Below are positions 59,226 through 64,000 of a stretch of DNA of 64,000 nt, in pieces. Every line of letters starts with the position of its first letter. Positions within the stretch are counted from its first letter, which is position 1. Position numbers and translations under genes: made by a program. This stretch comes from Candidatus Nomurabacteria bacterium (GTDB taxonomy: Bacteria > Patescibacteriota > Dojkabacteria > SC72 > JAHDCA01): positions 34,864-98,863 of the forward strand of contig JACKFQ010000001.1 of the NCBI GenBank assembly GCA_020632395.1, read 5' to 3'. The notes below the pieces were generated by a model, which searched no databases, was not told where the DNA came from, and saw only the letters and a program-made list of their open reading frames with translations.

Positions 59226-59669
59226 GAGCATTTTGTCATAGTTCGAACTCCATCAGTGCGAAGCACTGAGAGTTCTGAAAACATGCAGTACATGCTTCTG
59301 CATGTATCTAGCGAGCGTCATCTCGTTTCCCGCTTCAAAAGAAAAGTTAATCAAACATTCCATGAATCTATTTACACTAAACCATTTTACCGAACTACAT
59401 TGGTTCGAGCTTTGTTCTACCAAACTTACTAACAAACGCAAGTGTACCATTACACCAAGTATATCTCGGTTCGAACCCAGTGTGATGTAGCTTATCTACA
59501 TATCATAAATCAATAGAATTTTTCTTTGCTGTCATTCTCCAAAGTACATAAAACATTGAAGACTGTGTAATTAAGAATCGGAACAAATATTTAGTCATAG
59601 CAGTAATTTGTAGACGAATTTCAAATTATTAAATAACGAAAATACCGACTTTACTGAGTAAAATCAAAA

Positions 59670-60320
59670 TTATATTTTAATTTGATTCATTATTATTGCT
59701 CCGGCAGCTCCCACAAACACAATCTTAGCTTCTGGACTAATTTTTCGTAGAGATTCTTCTTGTATACCCAAATTCCTAACTTCAGATAATGTTGTACTAC
59801 TTCTCGCTTGTTCCTGGAGCCTCTTTAAGCTAGCTGTTGATACCCGAAATAAAAGAGGGTTATCATCAGTTGGAATAGGTTCTCTTAAAAGGTATGTCCT
59901 GAATACTGCTGCTAAAGATAATCTTTCTGGCACAGCACCTTGCAATATTAAAGTTTCAGGATTGCGCCCAGGTGCATATGGTAATTCATCCAATAAGTTC
60001 CAACCCTCTGCATACAGAGGGGACGTGGTGACCTTTGCAATTCCACCACTACTTGATTTTGTCACAAACTCAAATTCATTTGCCTCGAGACCTAGTTCTT
60101 CCTGATACTCTCTTAACATTGTTTCCTCAAGGGATCTATCAATTTTTGGTGCATGTTTTCCTCCGGGCGAGCCAACAATCCATGTCTCTCCAGCAGGACA
60201 ATTGCCACTGAAAATCAAATCTCCATCTTGTGTTCGACATATCGACCCCGTAGTTAGAACTGGACGAATGATATTGTCACCAGCTTGCACTTGAGGATAA
60301 TAATAATCGGGATTTATCAT
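59670..60320 (-). CDS. NUDIX-like hydrolase domain protein
   Basis: Approximate Nudix box GGKHAPKIDRSLEETMLREYQEELGL (RExxEExG present, spacing imperfect). C-terminal IVFVGAAGAIIM resembles the S51 peptidase Ser motif. Confidence 0.4.
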   Translation of the reverse strand: MINPDYYYPQVQAGDNIIRPVLTTGSICRTQDGDLIFSGNCPAGETWIVGSPGGKHAPKIDRSLEETMLREYQEELGLEANEFEFVTKSSSGGIAKVTTSPLYAEGWNLLDELPYAPGRNPETLILQGAVPERLSLAAVFRTYLLREPIPTDDNPLLFRVSTASLKRLQEQARSSTTLSEVRNLGIQEESLRKISPEAKIVFVGAAGAIIMNQIKI

Positions 60321-60329
60321 GATATATAT

Positions 60330-60760
60330 TTATTTAGCCTTTCTCATTAACTAAAATACTAGCTTTCGGAAACTTCACTCCAGTGATCCGCTTAGCGTGA
60401 CATACAATGGTATTAGGGATTAAACCTAGCCCTTGACTAAATTGTCCATAAAATCTACTATAATACTCTCACCAAAGAACTAACGCACCTGCAGAAACTC
60501 CAATTATCAATCCAGTATGTGATATTAATACTTCTCTATATGCTTCCACATCATACTTAAAAGTTAAAACATCTCCTCCATCCATTAAATAAGATCATTC
60601 TCTTTATTGTCTCTAGGTGTGTGTGGAATCAGTATGTCAGGATTGGAAACACCTAACTGTGAATTTACATCAACAACGATATCATCCCACCTCTCTTGTG
60701 ATTTACCCCATGGAAATAATCACAATCTGTTGCTGTCTTCTAAACATTGACCAATTATAT
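60330..60760 (-). pseudogene. Decayed S51 (peptidase E-like) pseudogene fragments
   Basis: Minus-strand translations give DIVVDVNSQLGVSNPDILIP...MDGGDVLTFKYDVEAYREVLISHTGLIIGVSAGALVLW*, collinear with DIHFDMITELDQLSGSALTQ...IYIGGGNTYKLLKIIYDTEVDEALRNYEKKGVIFGGSAGAIIMG of the intact copy at 12138-12770. Interrupted by stops and frameshifts. Confidence 0.4.
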
Positions 60761-60841
60761 TCCAAAATTAAGTATTCATTGTTTCTTCATTTCTCTCAGT
60801 TATTCCACCATGCAAAATTTATCGTTCAGATTGATTATTCA

Positions 60842-62431
60842 TCATTTGTTTTCAGCCATAACCTTTCTTTGGAAAGTTTTTAACGCCCGCTTCACAGAGT
60901 TGTCTACATCATATCTTTTATCTGAGTCAAAACGAAGAGAAGCTGGTTCGCTTATTAAGACCAATTTTTCTTCCGGTCGATCTGCTACAACTTGTAACAC
61001 AGTAATCGTGAGTGAGTTCATCTCCTCGTCATAACAATAATCTAATACTTGTCCAGGTGCTTCAGATAGCTCCTGAGCAGAATCAGCTCCAATTTTTATT
61101 GCTTCCGTTTCATCTTTAAAAGGAAGTATAAATTGACGTTCATTATTTATTCCAATTACCTTATAGTTTATTTTTGCATTTGGTTGTTTTGATAACAATC
61201 CTGCAATTTGCCAATCCAAGCCCAACTTACTAATCCTTTCCAGATCAATGATGGGATCCTGATTAATAAATATTCCTGGTGCACCTTCGACAAAACTACT
61301 TGTTGACACTTGTTCAGCCAGTGTTGTTATACTTTCCGAGATAGTATGACCTGCAGCGGATAAAATTTGTGTTTTGAAGTTATTTGCATGAGAAACGCTT
61401 TCTATACGGTTATTCAGCTTGTTAACTATATCCTGGAATAATAAATCGTCAACTCTAACTTCGTTAACTAAATTTCCTTCAGATTGATGTTCATTTAAAA
61501 TTTTTAATATATTCCGCATTTCTGATGGTGTGACACCTAACCCCATACAAACTTGTAAGAAAGTATTATATAAGTTAGTTACTAATCTTTCTTGTACAGA
61601 TCCCTTTGATTTAGGAAACACACCAGAATATGCCGTTGTAATTATGGTACGAGCCAAATCCGCTAATTTAAAAACTCTTCTATCATTTTCGTTTTCTGGC
61701 TTTAAATTATTGATGCTCGCAATTTCATCTATTGGAAATAACGATGTCTGAAAGACATCTAGCTTATTTTCACGTATCGCTACAACCCGTTCTACACTTC
61801 CACCACTTTGTGCCATTGGCGGATCAAGCAATTGATCACCTGCTTGTGAAATAATCGTTAAATTCTGCAATTCCCAATTAATTGGTACTCCTTCAATCTC
61901 TGCATCTGCTACAAATTCTACTCGGTATCCAGCTCGGTTTGTTTTCTCAGGTTTGTCGAAATGACATTTATCATCCAATGTAAACGGCATATTCAATGTC
62001 TTAAGAGAATCTTGTGAAGCAACATCTTTTGGATGAACTCTAGCTACAATATTGCATGTATTCGGCAGTAAAGCATGTAACATTGAATTCACTTTTGAGA
62101 TAGCATCGAAGGAATCCATTTTCCCCCAAAAGCCTAACATGTCAAACGTTTTCAAATGTCTCGTAGATTCACCAGCATCACACCAAATAGAGCTGCTTTG
62201 TTGCAGCTGCTGGTTTTTACCCCTCCTAATGCATCTTACCAAAGCCATGCTTGATTGCATTTGTGTGGGAGGTTCATTAACGTATAAATCCTCGTTTGCC
62301 ATAGCACTCATAAAAACAAACTCAGTCTTTTCATATCCACTTCCTGGAAGTATTGATGTTTGTGTGACAAATTTAATCCCAATTGATTGTGCAACAGTTC
62401 TTAGATCATTTTGATTTTCTGGTGTTTGCAT
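60842..62431 (-). CDS. Large hypothetical protein (529 aa) co-transcribed with the nucleotidyltransferase
   Basis: Long ORF with low GC. Start overlaps the NTase stop by 26 nt. No recognised catalytic motif; weak Rx5H (RIESVSH) only. Confidence 0.5.
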   Translation of the reverse strand: MQTPENQNDLRTVAQSIGIKFVTQTSILPGSGYEKTEFVFMSAMANEDLYVNEPPTQMQSSMALVRCIRRGKNQQLQQSSSIWCDAGESTRHLKTFDMLGFWGKMDSFDAISKVNSMLHALLPNTCNIVARVHPKDVASQDSLKTLNMPFTLDDKCHFDKPEKTNRAGYRVEFVADAEIEGVPINWELQNLTIISQAGDQLLDPPMAQSGGSVERVVAIRENKLDVFQTSLFPIDEIASINNLKPENENDRRVFKLADLARTIITTAYSGVFPKSKGSVQERLVTNLYNTFLQVCMGLGVTPSEMRNILKILNEHQSEGNLVNEVRVDDLLFQDIVNKLNNRIESVSHANNFKTQILSAAGHTISESITTLAEQVSTSSFVEGAPGIFINQDPIIDLERISKLGLDWQIAGLLSKQPNAKINYKVIGINNERQFILPFKDETEAIKIGADSAQELSEAPGQVLDYCYDEEMNSLTITVLQVVADRPEEKLVLISEPASLRFDSDKRYDVDNSVKRALKTFQRKVMAENK

Positions 62432-63173
62432 ATTTCAAAATTGCATCAATTAGATTCGTATCAATTTGATAAGAATTAATACAAGAAATTATTAGGTCTT
62501 TGTCTTCCTTTGAAAATGACTCAATATTATCTTTATAGTGCTTCATACCTACAAAATACATATCATTCTGGATATTGACTAATCTTATATAGCTGTAAAG
62601 CATTTCAGAATAGTTAATCAACTTACTTATGTTATTTCCTTTCTCAAAAACTTTATAATGATGATTAATCAATTTAATAAGTTGTTCTGTCAGGTTTGTT
62701 TTAAATTTCTCAGGAATCTTTTGTAAGAAATTTCTAAATTGTTTTATTTGGCCATTTCTATCAAAAAGAATATGAGATCTTACAATATCGTCAAAAAATA
62801 TTTCAGGGATATTAGGTCCTGTACTCCAAAATACTGTAGATCCGAGTACTTTGTTTGATTCTGAATCTGTAAAGCCTTTAATCTCGTCAATAAATTCCAC
62901 TATACCCTTAAAGCAAAAACTTACTTCCTTTTGTAAAACATTATCAAAATATCTAACTACATCATCACTAAAGTAATATGGTTCTTTTTGTATTAAATGA
63001 GAAAGTGACTTGTAAATATCTGACTCAAGGTTGTCAACTATAATAATAAAATCAATATCATTAGCTTTCTTTTCGCCATACTTTGCAGCAGATCCGACAA
63101 GCAGAACTGAGTTCACAGAAGAATCTGCTTTTAAACTTTCAACAATTTGATTAATTCTTTTATTTTCTTTCAT
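62406..63173 (-). CDS. Pol-beta-superfamily nucleotidyltransferase (KNTase/ANT-like minimal NTase + helical C-domain)
   Basis: VLLVGSAAKYGEKKANDIDFIIIVD is the hG[GS]x9-13Dh[DE]h NTase signature. About 150-aa helical C-terminal domain. Confidence 0.65.
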   Translation of the reverse strand: MKENKRINQIVESLKADSSVNSVLLVGSAAKYGEKKANDIDFIIIVDNLESDIYKSLSHLIQKEPYYFSDDVVRYFDNVLQKEVSFCFKGIVEFIDEIKGFTDSESNKVLGSTVFWSTGPNIPEIFFDDIVRSHILFDRNGQIKQFRNFLQKIPEKFKTNLTEQLIKLINHHYKVFEKGNNISKLINYSEMLYSYIRLVNIQNDMYFVGMKHYKDNIESFSKEDKDLIISCINSYQIDTNLIDAILKYANTRKSK

Positions 63174-63996
63174 TAAAACTTCTAATTTGGTCTAAATTAT
63201 TCTGCAACTGATGGTTATTGGAAACACCAATCAGTATTTTTATACGTTTATTACTTAACACTTCAATATTTTCTTCTAGAAAGTTTCGCAAAAACTTGTT
63301 TCCAATATTTTTTCGCTCAATAAGCTTGTAATCTGAATTACGAATTAAACGCATATCATCAATAGCAAGATCATTGATGTTTTTCAACAATAATCCTTGT
63401 AAGAAAATACTACGTAGTATGAAAGGTTGGGTAGGTAATTTCACAACAATTTCTTTTGCCCAAGAATTCATGTGATTATACGGCACCATCAACTCATCGA
63501 CAACGGGAAAGTCTTTGGTACTACTAGTATTGTAATTATCAGGAAGGGAAATTCCAAACTTCAGTAACTTTCCTTCCCTTTTTAACTTTTCTATTAATTC
63601 TAATATTCCAGAACCCTCAAAATTGAATGATTTATGCCAATTATGTAAATATAATGTATTGATTATATTTACTTTAAGTGAATTTAGCGACTTATCAACA
63701 GCTTTCTCAAGGTAATTAATTGGATAGTATTCATCAATATTTGTAACTTGATCTGTAACCGAAAACCTACTTAGTGACGGAATTTTTGTATTTATCAACA
63801 GCTGATTTCGCTTTGGATATAAACCAATAACGTCTTCTAATTGACCATAAACTTGAGCAGTGTCAATTTCTCGTAGACCATAATCAATAATTTTGTCAAA
63901 AAGTTTATATAACTGGTCTTTTGACATATCTTTTTTATGCCACCCCGCACTTGAAAGCCCCCATGTACCAATTATCAACTTATCACTAGTTTTCAT
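63160..63996 (-). CDS. Aldo-keto reductase family oxidoreductase
   Basis: N-terminal IIGTWGLSSAGW...DYGLREIDTAQVYGQ matches the AKR motif. Start codon at 63994-63996. Overlaps the NTase start by 14 nt. Confidence 0.65.
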   Translation of the reverse strand: MKTSDKLIIGTWGLSSAGWHKKDMSKDQLYKLFDKIIDYGLREIDTAQVYGQLEDVIGLYPKRNQLLINTKIPSLSRFSVTDQVTNIDEYYPINYLEKAVDKSLNSLKVNIINTLYLHNWHKSFNFEGSGILELIEKLKREGKLLKFGISLPDNYNTSSTKDFPVVDELMVPYNHMNSWAKEIVVKLPTQPFILRSIFLQGLLLKNINDLAIDDMRLIRNSDYKLIERKNIGNKFLRNFLEENIEVLSNKRIKILIGVSNNHQLQNNLDQIRSFNERK

Positions 63997-64000
63997 TATA

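Overview
The window reads as a 64-kb chromosomal segment from a small-genome, moderately AT-rich bacterium. Several proteins carry Lys-rich tails, tRNA genes are compact, and the genes are short and tightly packed, so a CPR/Saccharibacteria-like lineage is my guess. The standard genetic code is in use: many genes end in TGA, including the sppA gene I call below. Housekeeping genes dominate the backbone: recA-sppA-recX-recJ; an AspRS fused to a YbaK/ProX-type deacylase domain; gltX; a D-Ala-D-Ala carboxypeptidase; a class II photolyase; carD; a HIT protein; YvcK; ftsE-ftsX-envC-like; prfB; gpmI; ung; uppP; glycosyltransferases; and four tRNAs (Gln, Asn, Phe, Gly). One intergenic region (about 5.44-5.74 kb) has a consensus sigma70 promoter and a terminator bracketing a ~260-nt structured RNA that carries RNase P-like motifs. 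Three accessory-looking segments stand out. (1) A low-GC block of five uncharacterised genes (28.9-33.6 kb) that ends 4 bp from the 3' end of tRNA-Asn. (2) A single-ORF DDE transposase IS (38.9-40.0 kb) inserted against, and apparently supplying the stop codon for, an M23/EnvC-like gene whose catalytic motifs are in permuted order. (3) A low-GC operon at the window end (59.7-64.0 kb) encoding a NUDIX-like protein, a decayed S51 peptidase pseudogene, a 529-aa protein with no recognisable family, a Pol-beta-type nucleotidyltransferase and an aldo-keto reductase. Also notable are a 1321-aa secreted Gly/Ser/Thr-rich fibre protein with a phage tail-fibre-type C-terminal intramolecular chaperone (S74) domain and a near-identical internal ~150-bp duplication, sitting next to a surface-glycan locus; a tRNA-Gln followed by a ~170-nt hairpin-rich element that ends in a second copy of the tRNA 3' end; a Memo-like protein paired with a radical-SAM-like protein lacking the canonical CX3CX2C motif; and two perfect short tandem-repeat arrays in convergent intergenic regions. 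No CRISPR array, reverse transcriptase, phage structural module or integrase was seen. All calls are from motif reading without database searches.
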